Part shown: positions 19,933 to 31,167 of the stretch, in pieces | Numbering within the stretch: position 1 is the first letter of the stretch | How the letters are laid out: each line of letters starts with the position of its first letter | Assembly (NCBI GenBank): GCA_040285745.1 | Contig: JAUFOR010000006.1 | Span: forward strand, 496,001-560,000 | Direction: 5' to 3' | Origin: Barthelona sp. PCE | Taxonomy: Eukaryota | DNA length: 64,000 nt | Position numbers and translations under genes: made by a program | Notes under the pieces: generated by a model | Seen by the model: the letters and a program-made list of their open reading frames with translations, nothing else | What the model was told of the DNA's origin: nothing | The model's database searches: none

Positions 19933-22761
19933 CTATTTAGAAATTATTTCTTGCGTTATAAAAGGTGAATATCCTAACGGTGCATCAACGATTTGACATA
20001 TTAGATTTCTCAGTGTCGGAGCATGGTTCTGAATAGCATCTCTCTCTTGGATTTCATTCTTAAAGTACAACTGGTCTGATATAGTTAACATCCATTGTGA
20101 CCGAACTGATTCAGCATTGATTTCAAAAAACGAAACTTTAGATTCATCACGGCGTACACTGAGAAGGATAGGGCGAGCAGACTCCTCGATGGAACCTGTT
20201 TCCATTGCAAAAAACGTCTTACCGTTATGTACTTCATGCAGATGGTCATCATCGAAGTGATTATCAAAGATAATTTTATCATTAATATAACGCATGATTG
20301 TTCCCTTGGACTTCCCAATCAGCACCTGTTCGTACACAAACGAAAGCAGCGCAAGCTTAACCACATCTTTTTCAATTACATGAAGAGGTAATGAACGATC
20401 CTTATATTGTAAAGAATCTGTTAAAGAACGCATTACAAAACGATCTAAATCCTCTTCAGATGACTTCTTAAGTAAAATAATGAGATTACGGTATATTCTC
20501 CATCCTAAAGCACATGAAGCTTGTGATCCCAAATTCTCTTTCATTACTAATTCTTTAAAATCATCTAAGTTAGTTGGGAAGTGTTTGCTCATGCCGATGC
20601 GACCGCTCCTACGCTCCAGTTCCATAATTAGATTGGATTCACTTATATTTGATACAAAAGATTCTGTATCTGAATTATCAGTACCATCATCACTTTCTAA
20701 CATTGAATTCTCATACAAATTACAATAATACACGGAAGAATATGCAAACCAATGAATAAAACTGAATCTCATATCATTATTGATCAATAATTGTTTTAAA
20801 ACCAATCTGTTAAATAACAAACCATCACTCTCATAATCATGAATGTATCTCCATGTCTGGAACAGAGAAAACCCTGTTTTGTCAACTGTTGCATCTGCTA
20901 AAGCAGTATACTCTTGATTCTGACAATAGGTACCAGCCAGTTCAAAACCACGTATTTGATATTTCTGATAGAACATATTGCTCTCAATTACTTGTACGAA
21001 ATATCCAAGTTCCTCCTTCTTAAAAATGAAACATGATCCAGGAAGCATAAAAGCAGGAAATTTAAAAACTTTTAGAAATTCTTCACTGTCAAATTGAAAA
21101 GCTGAGCTGAATTGATCTGTACACTCTGTAGACTTCAAGAATAGGCGTTGCCCACCAGGGAATCCAGGTCTATAAAATAACGAAATCGCTGGCATAGGTA
21201 CTAGAGGAATTCCTCCAATAAATGCAACAAGATATAAGGTGATAAAAATTGGTAAAGCAGGTGCTAAAACCAGAGCAGAAGATAACTTTGAAAAGTATGG
21301 TCTGTAAGAAAATAACATTTGAAGATTCCTGTACGAATAGACTAAACGATGAACAGCAAGAGCACTCACAATATATGTGACTGTGAATCCTAATTGGATA
21401 TCTTCTGGAAGTAGCATCAATAATAAAAAGGAAATAGAAGGGAAGGGTGCATTGATACTGAGCCGAAATAGGAAGAAATAAATGAAATAGTTGTCTGCTT
21501 TGTCATGTGGTAAAATTAATGGTACAAATATGAACATAACCCATCGCATAGCTTTTTCTAGTGTGTTTGCTCGGGGTGAATATCTATAAATGTAGCAGAA
21601 AAAAGAAATAATTGATATTACACTTAAAATGCTAACGACAATATATTTAACAATATATCCCTCAACAGAATATATGATTTTCTGAGCCAAAATGCAGAAA
21701 AGTGTTGTGCCTATACTTAAAAAGATTGAAAAGATTAACGTATCAACAATATCACGTAAACTAAATTTCCTTATCGGGGGTAGTCTAGCTTGATAACATG
21801 CACATAGAGCAGCAATTGAGATACTGATACTATGACTTTCAATTCCAAACCAATCATAACTTTCAATACAAACAATAAGTAAAGAAATAAAAAACACTCT
21901 AAAGAAATCAAAAACTGCACTCCACATGCTGGATTGTAATACACCTCCACTGACTAATATGAGCTGTTCACATATCCAAAACAAACCTTGTTTTATATTG
22001 GGTAAAAAACCAAAAGCATAGATTAATGGGAAAAGAGTTAAAATCGGTAGAAAATAAACATATATATAAGGAATATCTTCTAATGCATACCATATGATGA
22101 AAACTATAGTTAACCATATTGCACGACTGTATCTATTAGTCGATTCACCGGGAGAAAATGAGTTAGCGTCAAGTTCAGGTGGGTGAAACAATGCATAAAT
22201 ACCTGTGAAGATACTAAATCCCACTAGGAAATATTCTGATAAAGTTAACCATCTGGCCATTACTGAACTAACTGATAACAGTAAGGCTCCTATAAATGGT
22301 CCAAAAATTGAAAAACTCTTTAGATTCACATCACTGCAATGTGCTTTCATACATATTGGGGAGAACTTGAGTTCTCTTACAACTATTTCATTCAATATAT
22401 CGTCCAAATTCTCACCTTCCTGTGTTCTTATAAGTAATTCTAAAACGAATTTTGGATCATTCTCAACAAAATCGAAAGCCTGCTCATTATATTCATAGTC
22501 TGAGTGAACTTTTGAGAACAAAACTAGAACTACAATGCTAAGCACAAAAAAACCTGTGAAAATAATGCCCCACCATGTGAAAAATGTCCATAGATCGAAC
22601 GAAGGTTGCAATACAGGCGAGAGCATAAGCCAAAGTACCGTGAGTACTAATCCTATGAGGTAACTCAAAAGTGATATGGATGTGCGATTCCGCGCCAGCC
22701 CACCTAAGAATGTTGGAAGGAATGTGTCTACCAACCAATTCTCGAAGGTTGGTAATTTCAT
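19933..22761 (-). CDS. PCNX: Pecanex-like multi-pass membrane protein
   Basis: QIRGFELAGTYCQNQE and C-terminal INAESVRSQW...ERDAIQNH..LRNLI....DAPLGY match the Pecanex C-terminal conserved blocks; many N-terminal TM helices. Confidence 0.85.
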   Translation of the reverse strand: MKLPTFENWLVDTFLPTFLGGLARNRTSISLLSYLIGLVLTVLWLMLSPVLQPSFDLWTFFTWWGIIFTGFFVLSIVVLVLFSKVHSDYEYNEQAFDFVENDPKFVLELLIRTQEGENLDDILNEIVVRELKFSPICMKAHCSDVNLKSFSIFGPFIGALLLSVSSVMARWLTLSEYFLVGFSIFTGIYALFHPPELDANSFSPGESTNRYSRAIWLTIVFIIWYALEDIPYIYVYFLPILTLFPLIYAFGFLPNIKQGLFWICEQLILVSGGVLQSSMWSAVFDFFRVFFISLLIVCIESYDWFGIESHSISISIAALCACYQARLPPIRKFSLRDIVDTLIFSIFLSIGTTLFCILAQKIIYSVEGYIVKYIVVSILSVISIISFFCYIYRYSPRANTLEKAMRWVMFIFVPLILPHDKADNYFIYFFLFRLSINAPFPSISFLLLMLLPEDIQLGFTVTYIVSALAVHRLVYSYRNLQMLFSYRPYFSKLSSALVLAPALPIFITLYLVAFIGGIPLVPMPAISLFYRPGFPGGQRLFLKSTECTDQFSSAFQFDSEEFLKVFKFPAFMLPGSCFIFKKEELGYFVQVIESNMFYQKYQIRGFELAGTYCQNQEYTALADATVDKTGFSLFQTWRYIHDYESDGLLFNRLVLKQLLINNDMRFSFIHWFAYSSVYYCNLYENSMLESDDGTDNSDTESFVSNISESNLIMELERRSGRIGMSKHFPTNLDDFKELVMKENLGSQASCALGWRIYRNLIILLKKSSEEDLDRFVMRSLTDSLQYKDRSLPLHVIEKDVVKLALLSFVYEQVLIGKSKGTIMRYINDKIIFDNHFDDDHLHEVHNGKTFFAMETGSIEESARPILLSVRRDESKVSFFEINAESVRSQWMLTISDQLYFKNEIQERDAIQNHAPTLRNLICQIVDAPLGYSPFITQEIISK

Positions 22762-23191
22762 TCAAAGCTCAATATGAGATGTTGAACGAGATAGAAATAG
22801 GTATAGCAAAATCTACTGGATTCAAATACGGATAGATGGTGGTGCATCCGTACAGTAGGCAGTGGAAATACTTTTACAAAGTTGATATTTCTGTGAATAA
22901 CTGTTTTTTGGTTTTTTTAGTTTTATTCGAATTTTTTGAAAGTGCACGATGTATAGACCAGGTTTTTACATATTGCCCACAAGTTTAGTATGTAAAAGTT
23001 GCTGTACTTATGTTTAAACTGAATTAGGTAGAATTAGGTGTATTGATGATATTATGGAAGATATATTGTTATATCCACTTTATTATCGATAGTATCTTCC
23101 ATAAACAACGATAATTCCATCATGTAAGCGGTTGTGATAACATACATGTATTGACTTTATTCGTCTGGTTCCGACCTCTTATTTCGCATAA

Positions 23192-24229
23192 ATGACATCA
23201 TTTCTGGCATTTAACTCGAATTTTGGCATGCTTGAAGCCCTAGTAAGGGGTTATTACACAGAACTTCTTAAACCTTATGAGTACAGCAGTCTGCAGCAAT
23301 GTGAGACATTGGAAGATCTTCGTCTACAACTATGTTCATCCAGCTACGCCACAATTCTTCAGAGCGCTCCTTCCAATTTGACAATTCTTGATATTCGTTC
23401 TATTTGTCGTCAACAGCTTGTTAATGAGTTTAACCACCTGTACCTACAGTCTCCTGAGCCTATGAAGACATTCATGGACTATATTAAGTATGGGTATATG
23501 ATTGATAACGTAGTTCTCATGATTAGTGGTTCTTTAAAGAATTATAACACCCAAAAACTGCTCAAGGACGCACATCCCCTTGGTTTATTCCCAGCATTAT
23601 CTACCCTTTCACTCATGACGAGTCCACGCGAGATATATCGTCTTGTCCTCATCGATACACCATTAAGTGAGTTCTTTGTTGACTGCTTAGATCTCGAGGA
23701 CCTGGATGATATGCACATTGAGATCATGCGAGCTCTTTTACAGAAGAAGTATCTCGAAAAGTTTTACGAATTCGTACAAACTTTGAAAGGTGCTTCTAAA
23801 CCAACAATGATGAGTATTCTAGAGTTCTTAGCCGACAGGCGTGCGATCACTCTCACATTCAATGCTTTGCATACAGATTTGTCAAAGGATCAACGCAAGA
23901 AATTGTACCCCAATTTTGGTAAACTTTATCCTTTTTTTACAAAACGTCTTTCTAATGTATCAAACGCAGACGACATAAAGTCTATTCTTCGTGGTGTTGT
24001 TCCTTATCGTCGTATTCTTGAATTTGTTGAGACTGATGGTTTGGAAGAAGCATTTGATGTTGCCGAGATGGAAGTATTACGTTTATCAATGTTACATCAG
24101 TACTCATTTGCTCCATTCTTTGTATGGATTAAAATGAAAGAACAAGAAATGAAAAATATTACCTACATTGCTGATTGTATTGCTTTAAAGAAAAAACCTA
24201 AAAATTATGTGATTACAGCTACTCACTGA
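23192..24229 (+). CDS. VMA6: V-type ATPase V0 subunit d
   Basis: FNSNFGMLEALVRGY, LQQCETLEDLRLQL, YMIDNVVL, HPLG, LIDTPL, IEIMR, KEQEMKNI..IADCI. Confidence 0.95.
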   Translation: MTSFLAFNSNFGMLEALVRGYYTELLKPYEYSSLQQCETLEDLRLQLCSSSYATILQSAPSNLTILDIRSICRQQLVNEFNHLYLQSPEPMKTFMDYIKYGYMIDNVVLMISGSLKNYNTQKLLKDAHPLGLFPALSTLSLMTSPREIYRLVLIDTPLSEFFVDCLDLEDLDDMHIEIMRALLQKKYLEKFYEFVQTLKGASKPTMMSILEFLADRRAITLTFNALHTDLSKDQRKKLYPNFGKLYPFFTKRLSNVSNADDIKSILRGVVPYRRILEFVETDGLEEAFDVAEMEVLRLSMLHQYSFAPFFVWIKMKEQEMKNITYIADCIALKKKPKNYVITATH

Positions 24230-25404
24230 TAGAACACAAATAGTCTTACAGAATAAACTGTTAGTAGAAAGACTACAATGCATAAGAAACAATTGTAGAG
24301 TAAATTGCGTACAGCGATCTTTGTTGGACAAGTAGGACGGTTCCACAACACAATGGTCTCATTAATAAGTCCTGCGAAAGAACTTTCGCTTCCACAGAAG
24401 CTTGAAATAAAACACTGCCAGAAATATATGCTAAATGATGAACCTACACCAATTCTAAACATCAAAACGTTGTGTGCCAGCGCGATGAGGATACAGCTAA
24501 GAACATTAACCTTAAAAGTCCCCCATTGAATCCCATTAGGATGATTCCTTGAGTTAGCTGCTACATAAGATCCAATGAGACTTCCGCATACACACATGAC
24601 CCAATGAACTACGAAAACCTGGACAGCTGTTTTGTTTGGGTTCATTTCAATCTCTGGAGTAATCTGAAACATTAGGCTCGTCGGTATAAAAAAATGCAAT
24701 GCTATAATATGTAGAAAAGGAACTAAGAAGCAGCCAATCAGGATAACACGATGCCTACTCTTCAGTTTCAATGTTCCATGTCTTTTTCTTTTGTCGATTT
24801 GCAATAACAAATGTGAATGTAGATATCGTAGGTCATATTCATTAGTAATGACAGATACTCCATGGTGCATAGAGCTACGTTCCGTTGTCACGGCCACTTC
24901 ATGGTTCAATCTAGTGTTCTCGTTGTTTAATAACGCTAAAGAATTGGAATGAACAGTACCTATTTTGAAATGTTTAGCTAAATTAATTCCGAAAGAATAA
25001 AACATCCAACTAAGAATGAGAGTTAGGAACATGTTGAGCGGTGATTGTATTAAAGATCCTGTGTACAATAATCGATCAGTATCCTCAATGAAATTTCCAA
25101 AGGTAGTAAAGACTGAACAAAACCCATCATGAATTGCATTGTACATAAAGTACGTCTGTGGGTATTGGAACTTAATTCCTTGATACATTGTTACAATTGC
25201 AGCTATTAAGCATCCAATACAGTTAACAAAAAGATTTGTCAAGTTAAACGCTGTATTTGGTACGTAAAATGTCGGTGCCCACGCTGTAAGTGTTGCAGCA
25301 AAGCTTGCAATTGAAATTGTCCACACAACGCGACTGAACGTTTCATTTGTGAACGTAAAAAAAGGCTGTGAAACTACCTCAAGATCCTTTGATGTTGATA
25401 CCAT
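24223..25404 (-). CDS. FEX-type fluoride exporter (two fused Fluc/CrcB domains)
   Basis: Two Fluc-like repeats: NLFVNCIGC...GFCSVFTTFGNF and WGTFKVNVLSC...SFCGSESSFAGL, separated by a soluble loop and a linker TM helix. Confidence 0.8.
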   Translation of the reverse strand: MVSTSKDLEVVSQPFFTFTNETFSRVVWTISIASFAATLTAWAPTFYVPNTAFNLTNLFVNCIGCLIAAIVTMYQGIKFQYPQTYFMYNAIHDGFCSVFTTFGNFIEDTDRLLYTGSLIQSPLNMFLTLILSWMFYSFGINLAKHFKIGTVHSNSLALLNNENTRLNHEVAVTTERSSMHHGVSVITNEYDLRYLHSHLLLQIDKRKRHGTLKLKSRHRVILIGCFLVPFLHIIALHFFIPTSLMFQITPEIEMNPNKTAVQVFVVHWVMCVCGSLIGSYVAANSRNHPNGIQWGTFKVNVLSCILIALAHNVLMFRIGVGSSFSIYFWQCFISSFCGSESSFAGLINETIVLWNRPTCPTKIAVRNLLYNCFLCIVVFLLTVYSVRLFVFYQ

Positions 25405-25508
25405 AGTGCATCGCTAATACATAAAAATATAGCTTGAAGAGAGAGTGAGAAAATCGTTATCGCATTTTTTTTTTGTATCACTTGTTATTTAGTCTTACTT
25501 ACGTTTAA

Positions 25509-28500
25509 ATGAGCAATTCGAGGATATCTCAGCTCATTTCAGCGTTTCAAAGTGAGATAGACAAACAAAACTCCTCTGTGTCCAATTGGGAGTCTTTCAA
25601 AAGCAAAAGTAAGGACAAACAGGGTAGGGGAAAGTTTTCGGATCTGGTTTCTAGCGTGAGGGCCCAACAAACAGAAGATATTAAGTCAAGTTCAAAGGAT
25701 TTATTTACCAGCAGCTCTACTTCCTCACCAAAACCAAAATCTATTGATGTTCAACCCCCGGAAGATCCAAAAAGGGATTCCAAGAAGGAAGAAGGTGTTG
25801 AACAGGAGAGTGTTCAATCTTCATTGATTGAGATTGAGATTGAGGAATCACCTGATATAAAGACAGTAATAGACTCACAAGAGTACATTTTCAACCCACA
25901 TGAAGAGAATGAAGTTACAAAAACTCTTGAAAAAAATGCTTCTCTAACTAGTCTAACTGTACCAGGATTTTCAATGCCTGATATGGAGGTAGCGGTTAGT
26001 GAATACGAGGAACTTTCAGAAGATGCTACCGAATCAGATGTACTTGAGGTTGATGTCTCTTTAGATTTGTTAATTGGATCACAGTTTAAAGCAGAAAGTG
26101 CAGGACTTTTCAATACTGATGATAATGTAAGCGTTGAATATCAGCCGTACTTTAAGAAGCTGGAATATTTGTTGGGTAAATATCTGCCTTTTCTTCCCAA
26201 TAATTTACCTGCTTTACGTTTAGGACATTTATATTTCTTCAAGAAGTTTAATCAAAACAAATCAGATTTGATCGAAGGAAAGCTAAAACTCACTGTAGAA
26301 CAACCTAAGGATAGGGAATTATTCCTTAATGTTATTTATGAGAATAATAACAACATTGCAAAGAAGACTCTTGCATTTAATTTGGATAGACCAATCAAAG
26401 ATGTCTTCTTAATACTTCAGAGGAAGTTGCCCATTCAAAATAAGAAAGATATTAATGATTTGGACTTTGTATTGAAAATGTTTGGCAGAGACATATTCTT
26501 TGATCCAGAATGTACTTTCAGTGATTATCCTGTACTTTTAGACGCCCTTCCCACTTATATTCACAGATTAGTACCCATTTCATTACTCCCCAAGGTAATC
26601 GATAATCGTTTCACAGGTGTTGGGCCGTTTACGGTTGATCAATATGAATTATTCCGAGGTAAACTCGCAAGGGATGAGTTTGTTGAACCAATCGATCACG
26701 CAAAGTGTATGGCTTATCTTAAAGTTGAGCAGGAAGTTTTTAGAACTAAGGTACCGTACAATCTTTCAATTAATAGTGATCGTGTGGTCAAGAGACGTGC
26801 ATGCCGTCCTTCAATGAGCCCGTTTGAGCTTTTGGGAACCGTATTGAATGAGTATCCTAACCAACAGTATCATGACGCCATTGATACCAGTAATGAATCA
26901 TTGCACTTGGCACATTGTTACTTGAAGCAACCGCTGACGGTGCACATTGAGTCGATCGAAAACATTGCAGTGGATATACTCGAGGAAATTCTGATGATCC
27001 CTAATTCAAATCTTTATGTTCGTCTACAACTCGTGCATGGATGTCATTGCGTTGAAGAGAAGACAGCAGGACCGTTCAAACTTGGTTCAAACATGGGATT
27101 CACAATGTTGTGTGAGAAACCTTTTGTTTTTAACACCCGGATTTGTGATTTACCAAAGGAGGCAATGATTATCATTAACATTTACGGTGCCGTAGGAAAT
27201 GGTTCATACTTTGACGTGATCGAGCCACTCATCTCCGAGTTACATGCAAAAGCCCTGAAAAAGAAATTAGGTAAAGCTCCAAAGAAAGAGATGAATGTAT
27301 CCAGCATTTCAAAGGTGGGAATGTGCGTTGCTTCTGCAACCTTCAACCTTTGGAATTTCGATGGATTGTTGGTTTCAGGGCGTAATACATTTAACATGTG
27401 GCCAAATTTGCACTTTACTACACGTGGTTATATTCTTCAACCTACTCTATCAACAAAGACCCCTTATATTTCACTGTACATTCCACCAACACCAACAGGT
27501 GTTGTTTTTCAGAACGACCGTGAGTATATGATGGCTTTATTAGCGAGAAGGTACATTGACGAGTCACTTCGTTCAACCCAGTCAGATGTTGAGGAAAGTG
27601 AGGCCATCAAGCTCAGTGCAAACCCGTTGTTACGGCATAAGATTAAAAGGAAATATGTTAAGCCTGAACTACAAGTGGAGTTTGAAAAATCTCTTGGAGC
27701 TTTCCCTGAAATTGTTGATGATATTTTGGAAGGAAAGAATACCATTGAGAAGCTTGCAGCCACAGCACATAAGCAGATGACCATGCTTTCTTTACCACCT
27801 GAAGAAGTATTACTATCACTCATGAAACTTTTTGTTTGTGATCTTATTAAAATCCCAACTGAAATAGAAACGAAACTTATGTGGGAGTATAGAAACTTCT
27901 TGGTCAAAGATTCACGTTCTCTTTATCATTTTGCCACAGGATTGAATTCATTCGACATTTTATGTGTTTTTGAATTTGAGAACTTTCTTTTACCAAAATG
28001 GAAACCTTATGAAGAACCAATGGCTTACCTCATGCTTTTGGATCGTGCATGTATGGCAGAGACTGTCATTCAACATGCCTTGAGCAACCTCCAGAAGTTA
28101 TCAAGTCAGAAGTTGTTATTGATTGCACCTCAATTCGTTGCAGCTTTAGCACATCAACGTTACCTGGTAAACCCTGTTATTGAGTTCTTATGGACAAAAT
28201 ATGATGTTAACGATCTGTATTGGTTACTTTATTCAACCTTTGAGAACAGATATCACTCTATGCAGTCTTTCTTTTTACTAGAACAAATGCTCTGGTATGC
28301 TCAAGACGTTTCACTCTTAATTGAACAGAAACATCTCATAGATGAACTGGAAAGTATAGCCGACGTTATTAAGGCACAATCTAGTGTGGAATATACATGG
28401 GATTATGAACTCCTTAACGAACTTGTTGATGAGTTAAATGAAAAGCTTAGTTCATCATTATTACCAGTATCGGGTCATCTACGTGTTAAACGAGTGTTAA

Positions 28501-29348
28501 AATCACGTGTCATGAGCAGTAAGAAACGACCTCTTTGGTTAGTCTTTGAGAATGCCGATCCTCTAGGTCAACCAATACAAATCATCTTTAAGAAAGGTGA
28601 TGATGTCAGGCAAGATATTCTCACATTACAGTTGTTTGAATACTTTAGACGTCTTTGGTTACACCAATCAATTCCTCAAGATCTTGTATTATATTCAGTT
28701 GTTGCTACAGGTGCACAATGTGGAATATTGGAAGTTGTATTGGAAGCAGAAACTACAGCAACAGTAACCAAGCAGTATGGTGGTACATTTGCAGCTTTCT
28801 CAAAGGAACCCTTTAAAGTATGGTTGGAACAAGGGAAAAACGCAGTTGAATATAAGGAAGCAGCTGATCGTTTTACCGTTTCATTGGCAAACTACTCTGT
28901 TGCTTGTTATGTACTGGGAATTGGTGATCGTCACAATGATAATGTGATGATGAAACACGAAGGCCCAATATTTCACATTGATTTTGGCCATTTCTTGGGC
29001 AATATCAAATATTTCCATGGTATCAAACGTGAACGTGCACCATTCATCTTAACTCCTGCAATGCTTGAAGTTGTAGGAGATAGAACAGATGAATTGGTTA
29101 ATATAAGTCAGTTATGTTATAATTCCTTGAGGGAAGTAGGTCCGGTAATTGTGGGATTTTTCTTGGCTATGTTGCCTTCAGAGATGCCAGAATTAGTTGC
29201 ACGTCGTGATTTAACATATCTTTTAGGTTCTTTAAGACCTGATTTAACTCAGGATGATGCAAATGATTATTTCCATTCATTAATTAAGCAATCAGAAACA
29301 ACTTTCTTTACACAAATCAATGATGCTTTTCATATCGCAGCCCATTAG
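25509..29348 (+). CDS. Phosphatidylinositol 3-kinase, class I/II-like (C2, helical and kinase domains)
   Basis: MSSKKRPLW, IFKKGDDVRQDILTLQ, YVLGIGDRHNDN, FHIDFGHFLGN, RERAPFILT; C2-like segment ICDLPKEA. Confidence 0.95.
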   Translation: MSNSRISQLISAFQSEIDKQNSSVSNWESFKSKSKDKQGRGKFSDLVSSVRAQQTEDIKSSSKDLFTSSSTSSPKPKSIDVQPPEDPKRDSKKEEGVEQESVQSSLIEIEIEESPDIKTVIDSQEYIFNPHEENEVTKTLEKNASLTSLTVPGFSMPDMEVAVSEYEELSEDATESDVLEVDVSLDLLIGSQFKAESAGLFNTDDNVSVEYQPYFKKLEYLLGKYLPFLPNNLPALRLGHLYFFKKFNQNKSDLIEGKLKLTVEQPKDRELFLNVIYENNNNIAKKTLAFNLDRPIKDVFLILQRKLPIQNKKDINDLDFVLKMFGRDIFFDPECTFSDYPVLLDALPTYIHRLVPISLLPKVIDNRFTGVGPFTVDQYELFRGKLARDEFVEPIDHAKCMAYLKVEQEVFRTKVPYNLSINSDRVVKRRACRPSMSPFELLGTVLNEYPNQQYHDAIDTSNESLHLAHCYLKQPLTVHIESIENIAVDILEEILMIPNSNLYVRLQLVHGCHCVEEKTAGPFKLGSNMGFTMLCEKPFVFNTRICDLPKEAMIIINIYGAVGNGSYFDVIEPLISELHAKALKKKLGKAPKKEMNVSSISKVGMCVASATFNLWNFDGLLVSGRNTFNMWPNLHFTTRGYILQPTLSTKTPYISLYIPPTPTGVVFQNDREYMMALLARRYIDESLRSTQSDVEESEAIKLSANPLLRHKIKRKYVKPELQVEFEKSLGAFPEIVDDILEGKNTIEKLAATAHKQMTMLSLPPEEVLLSLMKLFVCDLIKIPTEIETKLMWEYRNFLVKDSRSLYHFATGLNSFDILCVFEFENFLLPKWKPYEEPMAYLMLLDRACMAETVIQHALSNLQKLSSQKLLLIAPQFVAALAHQRYLVNPVIEFLWTKYDVNDLYWLLYSTFENRYHSMQSFFLLEQMLWYAQDVSLLIEQKHLIDELESIADVIKAQSSVEYTWDYELLNELVDELNEKLSSSLLPVSGHLRVKRVLKSRVMSSKKRPLWLVFENADPLGQPIQIIFKKGDDVRQDILTLQLFEYFRRLWLHQSIPQDLVLYSVVATGAQCGILEVVLEAETTATVTKQYGGTFAAFSKEPFKVWLEQGKNAVEYKEAADRFTVSLANYSVACYVLGIGDRHNDNVMMKHEGPIFHIDFGHFLGNIKYFHGIKRERAPFILTPAMLEVVGDRTDELVNISQLCYNSLREVGPVIVGFFLAMLPSEMPELVARRDLTYLLGSLRPDLTQDDANDYFHSLIKQSETTFFTQINDAFHIAAH

Positions 29349-29423
29349 TCATTATTTTTCAATAATAAACAGCAATTTACTCTACTTTCTTTTGATTTGA
29401 TTGCTTAAAAAAATACAAACTAA

Positions 29424-30917
29424 CTAGAAACCCCTGTTTGACCAAAAATCATCAGGATTGTTATTGACAGATTTTGATGCATAATAACGATCCTTTGCAT
29501 CATTACCTAACAAATCTAAATCGGCTTCTGATTTAATTACACCCTTTGGAAGATATTCGATCAAATCTGCACCAAACTCCTGCAATAGACGCTGACGTTC
29601 TTCTTCGACAAGACGTTGGATAGCAGCTTCGTTTTCTTGTTCCTTCATGAATTCGAATAATTCTAACTCCTTCTCTTGTTGTCGTCTGTCACGTTGAGCA
29701 GCAAGTTGTTGCTCAAGCTCAATGCGATGGTGCAGGAGATCTGTGGCGCGTTGGGCTGCGCGTTCTGCTTCTCTTGCTTCAATAGCAGCATTCTCTAACT
29801 GTAATTGATACTCGTACTCTGCTTCACGTTGACGATCCATACGAGCACGTTCACGCTTCTGTTGCAAGATTTCCTCGTTAGCACGAGCGATTTCAGCACG
29901 TTGACGAGCTTCTTCCTCAATGCGCATTGCTTCACTTTCACGAAGACGAGCCTTGTCTTCTTCCTCTTGTAAAAGGGTGAGAACCTCCTCATACTCATCG
30001 CGACGACGCTTGGCTTCAAGGGCCTGAGAAGATAAGTGCTCAAATAGCTCTTGACGTTGTGCTTCAAGTTTCTGACGTTGTTCAGCTTGTTGATTCTTAC
30101 GGTAATCAACGGCCTCTCTGTACTCAGCAATTTCAATTTCCTCCTGTCTGGTGCGCTCAGCTTCAGCGGCCAAATAAGCTTGACGATCAGCCAAATAATC
30201 AGTAATAAATTTGTGAACTTCTTGACGACGTTGTTCGTGCTTTCTTTGTTCAGCCATCTGTTCATTGCGAACCTGAGCAACAATACGCTCGACTTCTTCT
30301 CTCTCTTTTTCTTTTTCAAGAAGAAGCATACGCTTACGTTCTTCGCGTTCAGATATTTGCTGAGATAATACTCTTTGTCCTTCAATAGCGTTATTACGAC
30401 GGCGTTCTTCGTCCATGATGATGCGCTGCTCCATCTCTCGATCAGCTTGCATGTTAAGTTGGAACTCTTCATGAGAAATTTCTTTTTGGTGTTGTTGAAG
30501 AAGTTCTTTTTCAGCAGCCTGCGCTTTTTGTTCTTTGGCAACCATTGCCATCTTGAGCTTGGCTGTGAGATCCCTTAATTCAGCATTCTCACTGCGCAAA
30601 CGACGACGAAGCATTTCATCTCTCATTTTTTCATCGTTCTTTTCCTTCAAATATGCGCTCATCCTTTTCTCTGCAGCATCAGTTTCCTGTTGCAACATGC
30701 GCTTCCTCTGAAGTTCTTCGTATTGTTGACGTAATTGTTGTTGTTTCAATTGTTCGTTACGAATGTTACTGGCACGCTTGGCCTGAATCTTGGCTTCAAT
30801 GTGACCTCGATCCTTATGTGCAGCATGCTGTTGAGCAAACGTTCCGTAAACTTTCTGACGTTCTTCATATGCACGTTCGTTTTGAATCTGTCTTGCGTAC
30901 GCGTTGGTTGGATTCAT
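29424..30917 (-). CDS. MNS1: Meiosis-specific nuclear structural protein 1 (axonemal coiled-coil, TPH domain)
   Basis: Coiled coil with LRSENAELRDLTAKLKMA and C-terminal VEEERQRLL.E....LIEYLPKGV. Confidence 0.85.
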   Translation of the reverse strand: MNPTNAYARQIQNERAYEERQKVYGTFAQQHAAHKDRGHIEAKIQAKRASNIRNEQLKQQQLRQQYEELQRKRMLQQETDAAEKRMSAYLKEKNDEKMRDEMLRRRLRSENAELRDLTAKLKMAMVAKEQKAQAAEKELLQQHQKEISHEEFQLNMQADREMEQRIIMDEERRRNNAIEGQRVLSQQISEREERKRMLLLEKEKEREEVERIVAQVRNEQMAEQRKHEQRRQEVHKFITDYLADRQAYLAAEAERTRQEEIEIAEYREAVDYRKNQQAEQRQKLEAQRQELFEHLSSQALEAKRRRDEYEEVLTLLQEEEDKARLRESEAMRIEEEARQRAEIARANEEILQQKRERARMDRQREAEYEYQLQLENAAIEAREAERAAQRATDLLHHRIELEQQLAAQRDRRQQEKELELFEFMKEQENEAAIQRLVEEERQRLLQEFGADLIEYLPKGVIKSEADLDLLGNDAKDRYYASKSVNNNPDDFWSNRGF

Positions 30918-31167
30918 CGTATTATCTGTCTTTCACAGGTATTTATAGTTAAAAGAGAAGGATATGTACAAACACATAAAAGTTTACTCATGTGTTTCTT
31001 CAACAATCTGTTCACTTAAAGTGTAATACGGAGCCTGAAAGATTCCAAAAACATCCATAAATAACTCAATTCTTACTTTATTTTTGAAAAAGATAGCGTT
31101 TGCTTTGTATATGCCACAGTATGGTATTATAGTATCATGTTACTGTACTAATCACAAATAGGCAGTA

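Noticed and set aside
29795-30541. 248-aa alternative-frame ORF within MNS1
   Set aside because: Shadow frame of an E/Q/R-rich coiled-coil gene giving K/N-rich low-complexity sequence.
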